Source of the DNA: Ophelia neglecta | Taxonomy: Eukaryota | Assembly: GCA_965285935.1 (NCBI GenBank) | Contig: OZ260667.1 | Coordinates: forward strand, 12,152,001 to 12,216,000 | Direction of reading: 5' to 3' | Length of the DNA stretch: 64,000 nt | Shown: in pieces, positions 38,861 to 52,550 of the stretch | Position numbering within the stretch: the stretch's first letter is position 1 | How the letters are laid out: every line of letters starts with the position of its first letter | Made by a program: the position numbers and the translations under genes | The notes under the pieces: generated by a model | Database searches by the model: none | Told to the model about the DNA's origin: nothing | What the model saw: the letters and a program-made list of their open reading frames with translations, nothing else

Positions 38861-40444
38861 AATCACTTGAGTCTGCTCGCTTTGTACAGACGAACTAAAA
38901 TTACTATACGCGCCCGCGCGCAAACAGCAAAATATGATACATTTCCTTCATTGAATGAAATGTCGGGACATTCATTTGTGAACATCTTTATTTAATAAGC
39001 GCTCTTTTTTCCGATACATCGTATTGCACCTGTCAGTAGAAACACTGACTACTGTCAGATGGTTTTGCAAATTGCGGATAAATGTTTTTTTTTCACCATG
39101 GTAATGTTGAGAATGAATCTAATGGGCGACGGGAAAAGGAAGGGGGGCTAGTGAACGCCTCTAGAACCAACACTTCAACAATAAAGGCAGGAGGGCTTTC
39201 GAAACGTTCTCTTAATATCATGAATACAACATTCAAACTACAGAGATGACATTAGAATAAAAATAAACCTGAAAAAAACAACATAGAATTGCACATTATA
39301 AAATTACAAACTCAATATAAGTGATTTGCGCAACCTTCAATTGGAAATGTTTATAATGACCATCCATAATGGACAAATAGTTTTAAATTTTTTATTCTTT
39401 TTTTATTAATGGATGCAGTTTGTTAAGGTTTTCTTTTCTAGTAAGAGCTGAAGGAGTTTCAGCTTGAATTTTTTGCTTACATTAATTTACAATATACTAA
39501 TATCATGAGAAATAAGTGAAAAAGTCTTACACCGATAGATTTATCGTTTGCTTTACAGTATAGGGCTTGTACATATATAAAAGACGTATAATTTAAAACA
39601 TGGATAATTCATATTATAAAATCCCTTAAGTATATAGGCCTTCAAGACTGAAAAGCTGTTAATTCAATTTTATTTTTCAACTTTTTTAATCAAAGTCCAT
39701 AATTCTGCCAATTTAATTCAATTCGACGGTAAATTTGACATTCTTTTAATACGCAAAAATAGTGAATATGTGCGACAAATTCATGCAAAAAAACTGTGCC
39801 CACATTTATTGCTGCATGTATTTGTCACTTGCTTTTCAGTATATGACCTATGCATACATACGAGACGTACAAGCTGATGCTAAAGTGACACTGCAATACC
39901 AGATAATAGACCGAAGGGCCATAGCCCCGAAGAGCCTTGTTGCCTGGTATAGTAGTAGTCCGAGTGCACCGACTTGTCCGTAATTCCATGTTACATGAAA
40001 GTATTGTAGCTTACATACATATAAAGCATTTTAAAACATAGCATTGTGTTAGATACATTTACAGTTTAGGGAAGGGGAGGAAGGGGGAGGTACTAATAGC
40101 AAAGTCCAAAAAACCAACCAGAATAAAGACCTTAATTAAAAATTAATGCATAATAAATACCGGTAATACACGAATAGTGCACATGCACGCCCAGAAGTCG
40201 TTCGCAACTAAATATGTATATTCAAATAAACCCTGCCATGCCCTACAACCAGGAAACCGTTCGATTCCGGTCAGCTCGGGCCTTCATACTGTCAACAATA
40301 TCTGTTCCAGACATCTACAACGCTGTAGTGGACATTTATTTTGAGGAAACCTGTGTCTAAGCTTTGCCCAAAGATGCTTTTAGCGTGTTTGTAGGGGTGT
40401 CCTAGTATAGCTACATGGTGCACGGCCCAATCTGTTCTATAGTT

Positions 40445-40723
40445 CATCACCCTAACACTGTGAGCATCACCCTAACACTGTGAGCATCACCCTAACAATG
40501 TGAGCATCGCCCTAGCACTGTGAGCATCACCCTAACACATCACCCTAACACTGTGAGCATCACCATAACACTCATCACCCTAACAATGTGAGCATCGCCC
40601 TAGCACTGTGAGCATCACCCTAACACATCACCCTAACACTGTGAGCATCACCATAACACTCATCACCCTAACACTGTGAGCATCACCATAACACTGTGAG
40701 TATCACCATAACACTGTGAGCAT
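40445..40723. repeat. 20-bp minisatellite with a higher-order duplicated block
   Basis: Unit catcaccctaacactgtgag, with truncated units recurring in the same pattern. Confidence 0.92.
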
Positions 40724-42631
40724 GATAACTATCATGAAGTGGGTGCTTCAGACTTTTAGTCGTTATATTCTATTCTAAGTGTAAATCATATGTACAGGGA
40801 TCATGCGTTTACCTCTACGCCTAAATCCTATGGCCTTGAGATAAACGATATACTATATACTTGATATAGTTTACAGTGGTCTTATTCTAGCCTCCATTCA
40901 TATGGATTATGTCTAATTGGGCACATCTGTTTTGGTGGTCTGCCCAAAAACCTTTCAGTCAAAATGCTATAGTTGATTTATATTGTTTGCCACACAATTA
41001 TAGGCAAGTTGGGTTTTTTTTGGTTGCCACACAAATATAGACAACTCCTTTATTAGACCGATCAATAATAGGTATATTCCGAGATTAGGCGAATCGTCCT
41101 ACTTTTCTGAGTTTTCAATTTCTTTGTTCATATGTAGGCCCTGGGGCAATGCAACTTTAGGTAATGTCGCAAACAAATAAGACCCTCTGTCTAATCAAAT
41201 TTAAACCCTGGGGCAATTACCTGTTTGCCATGGAGCTATTTACTTGAGGCCCTGTGTCCGTGATATTTTTGGTCCTCAAATATTGGATTTTTTGGACTTA
41301 ACGACACATAGACACCATGTGGGTCATTTAGTGTCCTCGAGAAATTTGGACATTGAACAGTAAACTTTTGGGCCTAGGTCAATGAAATTTAGACCATAAT
41401 GTGTACACAAAAGGAAAATTTCGAGCTCCATTTCTGCTGGAGATACATTTGCCCTTTGTAGTCTGTCAATTGGTAAAAGAAGGTCCTCGGTATTTGCGGA
41501 CCGAATTTGGCACAAAAGGGCTGAGATATAAGCTCGAGTATAAGGCCCCTGTGGAGCAGTAAATTAGTGGGCGTTTAGGTGTAGCCTCCAATTGGAGGCC
41601 TACTACACCAGCCTATTCAGTTCAGCACGAAGCTAGTTCCAGTTAACGGGTGGGAGGGAGGCTGCGACCTTGGTATCGTTGGCGACAATTCAGACATTTT
41701 TTATCGGCCCAAGACCCTTGGTCTGCCGCTCACCTCACCCCAGACAGGGAAGGTGCCTTTCACTGCGCTCCCCTTCTCACATAATGACCACTCGATCCAC
41801 AAATAAAGCAGTAAAATCATCACCTCAACAACGACAACAAGTTCTGGGCATTTATGTGCACTGCCTACATTAAAGTCATCATCCAGAGTCCGGGTCCATT
41901 GATCTCGAGCTCCCGAGAAGGTTTGGACGATCCAGAGCATCCTGAAGCATATCGAGGTCCGCAGCTTGCCAACAACCAATTTGCCTTCTTATTTAAAACA
42001 ATTCAACACATGGAAGACTTTGCTTGCAATACGACCGGTTTAGTAAACATATATAAACATTAAAGATGATTTTACAGTGAACTTACCGTTGAAGCTATAT
42101 ACATGGAAGTACGAATAAATAAATGATGTGCAAAACACTAAAAAGGGCACAAAATGTGTGTCTCTATACGGAGGTTCAAAAGCGAAAAATATTACACATG
42201 CTGTGTTTCGGTACTATGGATGCAGCTTGTAGGCAGAAGGGGCTGGGAAGGGGGGGGGACTCATGAATGCATCCATCTGTTTCTGCAACCCGATTTTAAG
42301 AAGGCCAAACGTCATGGTTTAAGAAAAAGTGGGAAAAGCCCAATAATTTTCCCACCACATTGGTTTGAAAAACAGACTAGCGTTAATCGTTAAAAAATTA
42401 CATATGATGCTGCACGCAGGGACGCAATCACTGAAACTTTATTATAAGCCAAATTAAAAGGCGACCAACTTCTTATTTTTGATTGACTTGGATATTTTGT
42501 TTTAGGGAACCCACGTATAGAGACTCACATTGTAAGTATACTAGAACGTTACCTCCAACGTCACAGGGACACGGCCGTCATCCACTTACCTCGCTGTTCC
42601 ACCATACAATAAATGACGGTAGTTATCAACA

Positions 42632-42882
42632 TAATGTTCAGTTATCCGTTCCTAGATATATATGTTTTTTCTAGGCGTTAGGTCTTTAATCAATTCCTAT
42701 ATTAATACAATGTTCATAATCACTTGCCAGATTATTTTAAGGTACACTTCGATGATAATGTTCCGTTATCCATTGCTAAATATATATGTTTGTTCTGGGC
42801 GGTAGGGTCTTTAATCACTTCCCATATAAATTAAATGTTCATAATCACTTGCTGTATTATTCTAAGGTACACCTCGATAATA
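42632..42882. repeat. ~124-bp diverged tandem duplication
   Basis: ataatgttc..ttatcc...ggtctttaatca...aatgttcataatcacttgc...aaggtacac occurs twice. Confidence 0.8.
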
Positions 42883-45664
42883 AGCCCTTCTTCATTATTG
42901 CTGTAGGGTAAATATCGGTTCTACGTCTGGAGTCATTTAATCATTCAATAATGTATAGGCCTAGATGTAGGTACACAGGGTTGGGACAGACGCCCGTGAG
43001 TACCTTGAGGAATGCCAAGGTCACTGGGGTTGTATTGTACTCTAGTCCAGACAGACGTTGTGTTATATAAGATCTGCTGGGAGTGCCCCATACACTGATG
43101 ATACCATTCGCACGAAGAGCTTCGGGGATTTCTTATTCCAGCATTTTGATATGGCATTCTTGTTAAATTCCTGGTCTTTCATGTCCGAACCGTTCTATGT
43201 GAATAGCTGAATTCTGTAAAAAAAAAAAAAAAAAACATTTTTATTTTTCAATGGACTAATTTTAAATCTTCACATAATACCTTTTTTGTTTAAAAACATT
43301 CCACGGCTTTATTATGTACAACTATCAATACTTCTAGGTATTTACAATTTTGACAAAGTCAAGTACATGGAATCAATTGCTCTTATAAATCCTATAAAAT
43401 TATCTTTTTTATTTAATATCTTTGAAGCACGTGTTGATCTTGGCAATGAGTAGATAAAAAATATATAGGGTAAAGAATAGGTCTCATTTAATTCATGAAG
43501 CAGAAGCAATAAGTAAGCTCATTACGGGAAGAGAGTGAAGGGATTTAGTTTCACGCATTCCGGGCCCACAATAAAGGAAGCAAAGTTTCACGCATATTAA
43601 ATTCCGTACTGTTTGGCTTAGTTGACTAATTCGTTCCTTGGTATTCTGAGCGCGTTTTGTGCGGCCTACGGCTACTTACTGCGCGTAATCAAATGATGAA
43701 CGAACATGATTTACGCAATTCATATAGTGAATGGCCCTAAAAGACGCATGTTAGGCCTGCTTTATCTGTCCTATCCACACTGGTCATATAGGTGTTTCAG
43801 GCTTCTCTCCTTCTGCTAAATGTCTTTGTCGCCGGTCCCCATGAGACATATAATAATATACAATAAATTGAATAACTGTAAATGCCGTACCGTTTCATAT
43901 AAGGTCGGCTCTGGTAACTTTCAACAGCAGACAGTTTTGGTCTGGGGGGAGGGAGGGGGGGGGCGCACTGTAGCTAAAACCTGCTCCCGTGACTGGCCTT
44001 TTGTTCGACTATGAAAACTCGAACTGTGAAGACTAAAATTGCAATATTTCGGAGACAAAACTTATATACTGTTGCAGCGTGGCTTCACTTGGCCGCAAAT
44101 GAGACGTGCATGCTATATGTGGCCTGTCTACAGACACAATTAAAATTCGAACGGTTAGGGGGGGGAGGGGGGACTAACCTAAATGTACATGTAACGTTTA
44201 TGGCTAAAGGGAGGCCTATGTCTATACACCTGACCGATCCTTTCTGTATGTATATATTTAGTTGATGCTTGTCGGCGTCATAAGGCATCTCAAACTTAGA
44301 TGAAATTAATTCAAATGCGAATTTCTCCATATTGCTCCTTATAGCAATGCCAAATTAACCTGTAATTTTATTTATCGCGCTACCCCTTCTAGCGAATGCC
44401 GCCCCGAGTCACTCCTTAGTCAGGCAAGAGTTGCCAAACTGGTTTGGTGCCAGACGAGGTACTGGAAGGTGCTCAAAGCCATGTATTGTGCCTCGTGTTC
44501 AAGGACCAAGCCGTTAAATCCAGGCCAGGACCGAGTTTCTCTCCTATGCCATCATGAGCTTAGTCTTGACAATAAATAGTACTCACTATTTAATACTGTT
44601 TCACTTTCCACCCTTTCCAGGATTTTTACTCCAAGTTGCTCACACACAAAATTATTATGTTACTCGAAAAAAATTTTATATGCCATTATATTGAAAAACA
44701 GGACTATCCAGTGTGCTTAAAAGCTTTAGGTTTTTTTTCTCTATAAATGCTCTGTATTTCTTTATACCCGTATGGCATTGATGTAATAGACAGGTATTGA
44801 TGTCATCCACAGAAATAAAACTAAAATAAGGGAAAAGTAGTAGCGTAGGCCTACTTACACGTACGCCTGGTTTAATAATCATTTTATTGATACTAGCCTA
44901 CCATATGGGGATCACATGCTTTCAACAGTCAGCATTACTTTCCTAAATGCACAAGTCCCGCCTATACAGGTTTTTTTTTCTATTTTACAATGCTTAAAAG
45001 TCTTGTTGTTATATAAAATATAAAGGCTTTAGCTACTATGTTAAAGCTACAAGAAGTTACTGGTAGTCTTGTTTATCAGCTCTTGTTAATGGATTTACAT
45101 ACAGCTTAGAAGTAAAGTTGATTCGGATCACATTAGCCTTTCCTGTACCGTTAGGTTATGGACAAAAAGTTATGACAAGATGATCGCAGTGACACAGGAC
45201 TAGCATTCTAAAAATTCATGAATCAGTAAAAAATCATTGACAAACATAAAATGAGTCACTATAGTATCTGCTGTCCAACAGCCTGACACAAAATAATATA
45301 TATCAAGCAACACTGACCAGATTTGCACACTAAAACAAATCGACTTTTAAAATAAAAAATACTGAAAACACAATATACAATGCAGTATGTATGAGAACCT
45401 GTCCTAATACAAATAACAAAAGTTCTGAAAGGATGAGGTTATCGAGAATGTTATAGTATATAATTCAAACACAAGATCAGGCCGAACCATCAGGAAAAGA
45501 AATTTTAGTGACTATTATATGTATTAATATTGTAATATTCCGACAAACCCCAATGGTGAAAATTGTATAGATCATAGATGTTGTTATTATCTAGCTGCAA
45601 ATGTGTTCAAATGAATGATAAAATGAATTATGTTATAAGCCTGATATCTTCCGCCTGTCTTTGA

Positions 45665-45825
45665 TGGGGGGGGGAGCAATTATTTTTCCACCTATTTCCG
45701 AGGGGGGGGGCGATTATTTCCACGTATTTCTGAGGGGGGGGGGCATTTTTGTCCGCCTATTTCTGAGAGGGGGGGGCAATTTATTTCCCACCTATTTCCA
45801 AGGGGGGGGGCTAATTTTTTGTTGC
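45665..45825. repeat. ~34-bp poly-G-containing tandem repeat, ~5 copies, possibly a transposon subterminal array
   Basis: (G)7-9..att(a/t)tttcc(a)cctatttc(t/c)ga units. Confidence 0.75.
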
Positions 45826-46828
45826 CGTATTTATTTAGCAATATAGAAGCAACGAAAGTTACAATTGGTATTCAGTCCCTATACACGGTATTTTATTCGA
45901 CATCACATACTCTTGGACAAATGTTCATGGTCGATAGTTAAACACAATTGCATCATGCATATTTATTGTAAGCTTAATTGTGAACTCCAGTCTGCACACC
46001 CGGGAAATGAAATGTAGACTCATCAATTTTTTTACAATCATATACATCCGTTTTATTGGACCATGTAAAGTGCTTATACCTTACACATTTCGATATGCAT
46101 CTAAACTGAACTGAAAAAACCGCACTGAACTTATTTTAGAACCCCATCGTTGTATCCTAACATTTTTTAGATTGAAATATTATTATTTTGCATAATTCAC
46201 AAACAAATAATTTTTGAAAAAAAGTCAATGTTCCTCAAACAAATACCACAGGGAGAAAATTTGTGAGATATAAGCACAATGGCAAACAATTGAAACAGAA
46301 GGGAAATTTTTTGTGACAAAAATTAGAAATGAAGCATACAATACTTAAAAAAAACCGAAAGTAGTATGGGAGGCTGTTTTCTTTAATGCAAAGTTACTCT
46401 CTAAGCAAAAATGTGCACTTTCGTGAGGACAGTTTCTAGTAGATTTTCCTTCACTCTCACCCAATTTCTAATAAATCGTTTATCAATGTAACATGCGATA
46501 GGTTCAACATGAGAATTACATGTCATGACAAAAGTTGTTTATTTCTGATGAAAATAGCTTATCTTTCAAGCCATCCAAAAAATTATATAAATTCTCTTTT
46601 TATTTTCTCAATTACATAAACTGATGAGACTGTGGAGAATTTGTAGTGAATTGTATACTATTCAGTACAAGAAAATAAATGAAATTATCAATTTAGCCAT
46701 TTCTAAAGGTTAAGAGGGTTACTGGAAACATATGATCAATTTTACTTGGCCTTATTAAGAAGATAAAACCAATAAAAAGAATAAGAAAAGCACATTATAA
46801 CATGTAAAAGTACCTGCATTCAACTCAC

Positions 46829-48406
46829 CTTTCTATCTTGGCTGTTGCAGGTTTGGAGTTGACCTCAGTCTCATTTCCACTTTGACATCTAATCTGTGTG
46901 GGTGTATCTTTAGTTAGTGCCTGATAAGTACAAAAACCTGCCTACTTTATACATCTTCAATATTGAACCATATAAACTTAAGCACATCCTCAGAGCAAGG
47001 AAATTTGCACATGTATATGTGTATAGTGCAGAGCAATGCATTTATAAGTGTACCATAATTAATTGTATTTTGGAAGCATTTGTAACTAAGTGCTCAATAT
47101 CTACATGCAGAGTCATAACTTACAGGTACCTACATCATTTTCCATGCTGAGAATCAAAATTACTCCAGGAGGCAAAGACTGAAACACATCCTCTTCATCC
47201 ACCTCTGCTCTTGTACTTTCCAGAAATATATGTGAATATTCACCTCCAAACTTGGCCCTTCCTACAGATACAAACATTACCCATCAGAAACATACACATA
47301 CAATAAGTAACCCAACAGTGAGTACAGGGTAACATATTTAAAAAGGACCAATATTTCTTCTAATAAGATCAGATATCTACATTGAAATGATAATGATAAC
47401 ATGAGTATACAAAGTAACACAGAAGGTATACTAAAACTGTTAATCTCAAAATTTTGTGAATGTTTAAGTAAGAATCCCGCAATTTCATTAAATAATTTTC
47501 CCCCAAAAGAAAAAATGGCTAAAAAAATAGCAAAATAAAAAATAAGTTTCTAAACAGTGTAGTATAGGCTGGAATGTGGTAAATTTTACTGCTTACTAGT
47601 TGCTTCCAAGTGGCTCCTACAGTGCAAGTTATAAATATTTTCAATACAACTAATTTGCCGTTGCTTGTCAACATGCATCCGGCCACCAGTTTTTGCACAT
47701 TTTGTAGGGTTAAAAACACTGAATCACGAAGTTTGGGAAAAATTTAGGGCATGCAAGAAAACATTGTCGAAAACTCTAATTAAAAGGCTGCTAGATAAAA
47801 TTTGTCAATGCCATGATTATTTTTGATAGCAAAATAATGGGAATTTGCCAAATATTGCCATTTTGAAGTATCAACATTTTTTTCCAAAGTGATGCTGACA
47901 CTAGCATTGATACTGATATTAATTGATAAAACACTGTAACATAAGACATTGATTTTCTGATTTTGCAACATAATAATTCTTGTTGTTTCGTGTCATCATT
48001 ACCCAAAAAGACATTCTATATTGGTAATCTGAACATGTGACCATGATTCCCGCAAATATAGCTGGAATATTTTACCTTTCTCAAGAACCTCTTTTAGTGA
48101 CTTGGCCATTGTTGTTTTCCGTCTACCATCACTTGTTTCAATTGTGATCATTTTAGCTGGTAAGTATGATGTAATATATCACTATGATGAATTTCAGATA
48201 ACCTAAGCATCTAATTTTTGGTTAATAACTACAAGCAGATAAATATCAATAAACATTTTTTTTATATATATAATCAAACATACACATGAACTTGACCCAC
48301 CTTCATGTAGCAAAGTTTTTCTGCACAATGTGACATTGTTATCAGTATTTCTGATGTCTCCCAAAGAGTCAAATGCTGCCATGCCATCAAATGAACAAAT
48401 GAGAAA
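46829..48406 (-). CDS. spliced accessory ORF of the CACTA element with a CIDE-N-like (ubiquitin-fold) domain; exons 48406-48301, 48156-48076, 47261-47134, 46920-46829; 3' part not found
   Basis: Four GT-AG exons with matching phases (0-1, 1-1, 1-0, 0-2) and no stops: ...KMITIETSDGRRKTTMAKSLKEVLEK|GRAKFGGEYSHIFLESTRAEVDEEDVFQSLPPGVILILSMEND|ALTKD... Confidence 0.65.
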
Positions 48407-48613
48407 CTAAAATATAAAACAGAACAGAATTAGATAAAACCAAAACAGTATATGGTCATCCAGTGGTGTAGCATTTCTTTTGGCGAGGTTAAATTACATG
48501 TACATCTTCAAATGTATTGGAAACAATATAAATATTTGAAATACTATTTAATTTCTATTTGTGAAAAATTAGAGGAACTATGTACAATATTTGTGATGCA
48601 TGGCCGTCTAAAC

Positions 48614-51053
48614 CTAGTCAGCATCAATGTTATGATGAAGAACTGTTGCATAATCACCAAACAACCAGTACCTAGGTAGAGGATGTGGATCAAGCAAATC
48701 ACCTACATTCAGCATACAGAAGATGTGTGTTTGTTTCATTATGGATGCTTGGTAGTGTCTTTCAGATGACACTGTTTCCATTTTTTCACAGAACAAGTAA
48801 GGAGTTCCTGCAACAACATAACAACATCTCACTGAGGCAAACTGCAAACTGAGAATATTCTTGTACAACCACACATTCACCACCATATACAGAGCCATAC
48901 ATATGCAGTGATGATCCTCGCTTAACCTGAGAAATTCCACCTAGAAGTGCTTCCAAGAATGTTCTTTCCTCATCAAGACTTTCCACACTCACCACTTTTA
49001 CACCTGTTAGCTCAAATTTTCCTGCGGAGAGATAATTTTCCATCTCCAGGTGCATGGTTTGCATGTACTGGTGGCGCTGAGCCATTGTCTTGCAAAGATT
49101 CTTACGATTTTTTGTTCGTCTTACAATGTTAATGAAGAAGGAATGTTTTGCTTCAAATCGCATACACCAAGTATGCCTCAATGGGCCATACTTCAATACT
49201 GATTCTTTGTAATGTAGAGAGAAGTGACCTTTTGGTTTTAAATGAATATCAGGAAATTCATTGTGATAGATGGCATGGAATTTCTCAATAAGACCCTCTA
49301 GATATACCACTCCAGCAGGTAAAAATATAGTACTCATGACCATGTCAATCATCTCTTTTAATGCAATTGCGTGCTCCCACTTAGCATCATTTTGTGGAAT
49401 GATATGGCCAAGAAGCAGGGGCAACAGGCGTACAAGACACCACACCTGGGAAGACTTCTGTTTCAGGTTAAAGTGACCATTCACAATGGCAACTTCGGGT
49501 TTGTTACATTTGTCATGAGACATGAACCTGAAGTTTTGAATCAACTCACAAAAATCTTCAAGTGAAAGGATACGAGTTTGACTGTAGTGAAACATAAGGC
49601 ACTGTAGCACATCACTAGCAAGCCCAGATTCAAACATATCATGCATAACATCTGGAGGGAGGCCATTCACTACATGAAAATAACTCAGCTCATTTAGCAC
49701 TGATTTTCCAGTTATACCATAAGCAGTTGCCAAAGTTGGATCCTGCTGGACAAGATCTGCTTGAGCATTGTACTGTTCTACAGTTCGGCGTTCAAATGAT
49801 AAAATGTCACGCATAGTCCTCAAATCATTCTTCTCAATCAAACAAAATCTGCATGACCTCAGTGCAACAAATGACTTTATAAATGACCCTATCATATGTG
49901 ATCCCAGGTTATCAGAGATAGCCACAAGGATAGATCCACGAAAAGTCCTACGACCTCCTGCTAGTTCAACAACAAACCTGTATCCTCAAGGTCCTTCAGG
50001 TCTCTGATAAGGGGAGCAAGGATTGTTTCAAAGCCATACTGCTTTATGTGTTTTGCTTTAGCTAATATGGCTAACTGAATACTATGTACGATGTGACCTG
50101 AGAGAAGGTGAAATGTTACCAATTTGGAAGTAAAAACCACCATATTTGTAACGAGGTGCATAACACCCAGCTTGTATTACACCTGTAAACTCATCCAAGT
50201 AGAGCAGTATTTGTAACAATGTAGGATCACTACTCCAAAATGCATTATTTTTGAATATCTGGCCATCACAAAGATCTCGCAAATTGTTATCCCTACTCTG
50301 ATGAGGATTCAAGATTTCACCAAGAACATCTTCCTTCTTAACAAGCTGTTTCAGTGTTTCTAAAATTGGGACGTATTGCATGCTGTCACCACTTGTTCCA
50401 CCTAAGAAATATTCTTGTGGCCCTACATAAGTTAAATTTCTTTCAATATATCTATTCAGATAGCGGGTGTCACAAAACTTCAGCATATGGTCAAGTGCTA
50501 GTCTATTTTCTGTTTGCACAACACAGAGAACTTTTTCGACAGTTTCCCTTTGAACACTTTCATCTTGTAATACTGTCTTAAAAATTCTTTGAGCATTAAT
50601 GTCTTTGCTTTCAGTGAGTGCTGCAGCAAACTCCAAAAATGATGAGCAAGTTTTGTATGGAATTTTTTGTGATTCTCTTGGAGCGAGCACAGATTTTGCC
50701 AATACTCTACCAAGGTCTTGTTCAGCCATCTGTTCAGAAACAACAATGCTGTCATCATCAATTTCCAATGATGGTTCATAGTCAATTATCATGTGTTCAT
50801 CTTCATCAATATTATCATCCAATAGTTCATTAGATTGAAGTTCCTCAAATGAATTGTCAAACAAGTGTTTCTGTCAAAGATGTTTTCTTAAGCCATGCAC
50901 TGACCTAAACTGTTTTCCACAATGCTTCCCATAACATGTAATGGAAAAATTTGGCTCATTTTGGTGTCAAATGCCATAATGTGTAAGCAGTTCTTTACGT
51001 TGTCTAGTCTGATAAGCACAAAATGAACAAACAAAAACAGTCAACTCATCCAT
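48614..51053 (-). pseudogene. EnSpm/CACTA-type DDE transposase with two N-terminal C2H2 zinc fingers; 2 in-frame stops and 3 frameshifts
   Basis: ATG at 51053: MDELTVFVCSFC...H..I*H; C...CGKQF.....RKHL*QKH. Motifs LYLDEF, SDNLGSH, CRFC, PPDVMHD, KPKGHF..HY...YGPL..WCMRFEAKH and C-terminal LLDPHPL..Y. TGA at 50969 and 50876; frameshifts near 50090, 49980 and 48850. Confidence 0.9.
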
Positions 51054-51849
51054 TTGAAATAAAAATTAAAAGTGCTTAATCATGTGAATAAAACCATTAA
51101 AACAATTGGAAAGTAATTTATAAAAATGGTTGAATTAAAGAAGAAAATAAATCAGCAAATTTCGTTTTCAATGTTAATTTAAAACCGAGGAACTGTTTAT
51201 ATATCAGTAATCTTGATAATTCAAAAATAAGTTAGACCCATTAGTAGACTAAAAAGGATAAACATTTATTTATTTCGGGTTTCTTTTCTAAATTTGGGAA
51301 CGCTGGGTAGTTAAATGTTATTATTTTATTATGTAGGGAAAGAGTCTCTGATATTTGCAGAGTTCTGAGATCCTTGACTTATAAGGCCGATGGTATGATA
51401 TACCCCTTGTTTTATAATTCAGGCATCCTAATGCTTAATGGTTAGTATTTTTACTAAATTAGCCACTTAACTTGGCAGATAATCAGCAAGGACTACATGT
51501 ATTCATCGTTTAGCTTTAACGTTAAACTTGTATCCTTTTACAAGTGTTAGGGTTTATGAGAAATAGAAATATCTTCACCTGAATAACTGCTACAAATCCT
51601 GTTAAATATCTGCTCAGATATTTCATAGACAGCACCTGGAAGAGAACAATGTTGTTTTATTAAAAGTAAAATCTATATTTAAATGTTTGCTTCAACAAAG
51701 ATTGCTCAACAACATGTATATAAGTAAAAGCCTGCATTACTAGTTAGATGACATATTCAGGGATTTCCGGTTGAATTAGGACTAGTACAAATCATGTGAA
51801 TAACCTTCCTGAGGTTGTTTGAAATTGATCAACAACTATTATGTAGCCT

Positions 51850-52550
51850 GGCTGGTTCATGTGCGAAACAGTAGGCGCGCACGATTCAGTTCGCCGCCGG
51901 CGTAGGCCGGGTTGTGCCTGTCACGTGGTCGGCTGATGACCGGCTGTTATGAATCGAGTGTAACCGGCAAAACCAATATGGCTGCAATGTTCGTGTTTGC
52001 GGACGAGCTGGCATGTGGTAGGGGGCATAAAAGAGGATGAATTCGTTCAGTCGGGGCTTTATCAGCAATTATGTATGTCTATTAAGGTTAAACTTTAAGA
52101 TACAAGATCTGTGTGGACGTTTCTTACGCGTGACCCTTACCCTACCATGCCTATAGACAAGGTCAGGTCAAGCCTCACCGTCAAATTCAATACTTTGGCC
52201 GAATTTGGGATGGAGCAGTGAAAACTGGGATGTTCCACATTATCAAGTGAAATCTATTAAATAATTTGGTTGTCCGCTTATACAGCAGCTAACATTACAT
52301 CAATTTCACGCATTTTTTTACTCATATAAGCCAAACATAATCGGTGCCAGATTTAATTGGTGTTCATTACAACTTACACCGACAAGTGGTCGCCATCTTG
52401 TTCGCCGGTCTTGCCGCTAATTTTTCTCGGCTGATGCGGCGTACGCCGGCGGCTGATTTGCTGGGTCGAAACGAGGTTCACGAAAGTTCGCCCGGGCCAC
52501 CCAGCGCACGCCGGCTCACTTCGGCGAAGTCAATCGAGTGCGCCTAGTGT
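51850..52550 (-). promoter_or_regulatory. CpG-rich putative promoter / first-exon region of the CACTA element
   Basis: Local CpG enrichment, E-box gtcacgtg (~51920), and a YY1-like caagatggcg on the - strand (~52392-52401) followed by donor gt|gtaagt. Confidence 0.4.
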
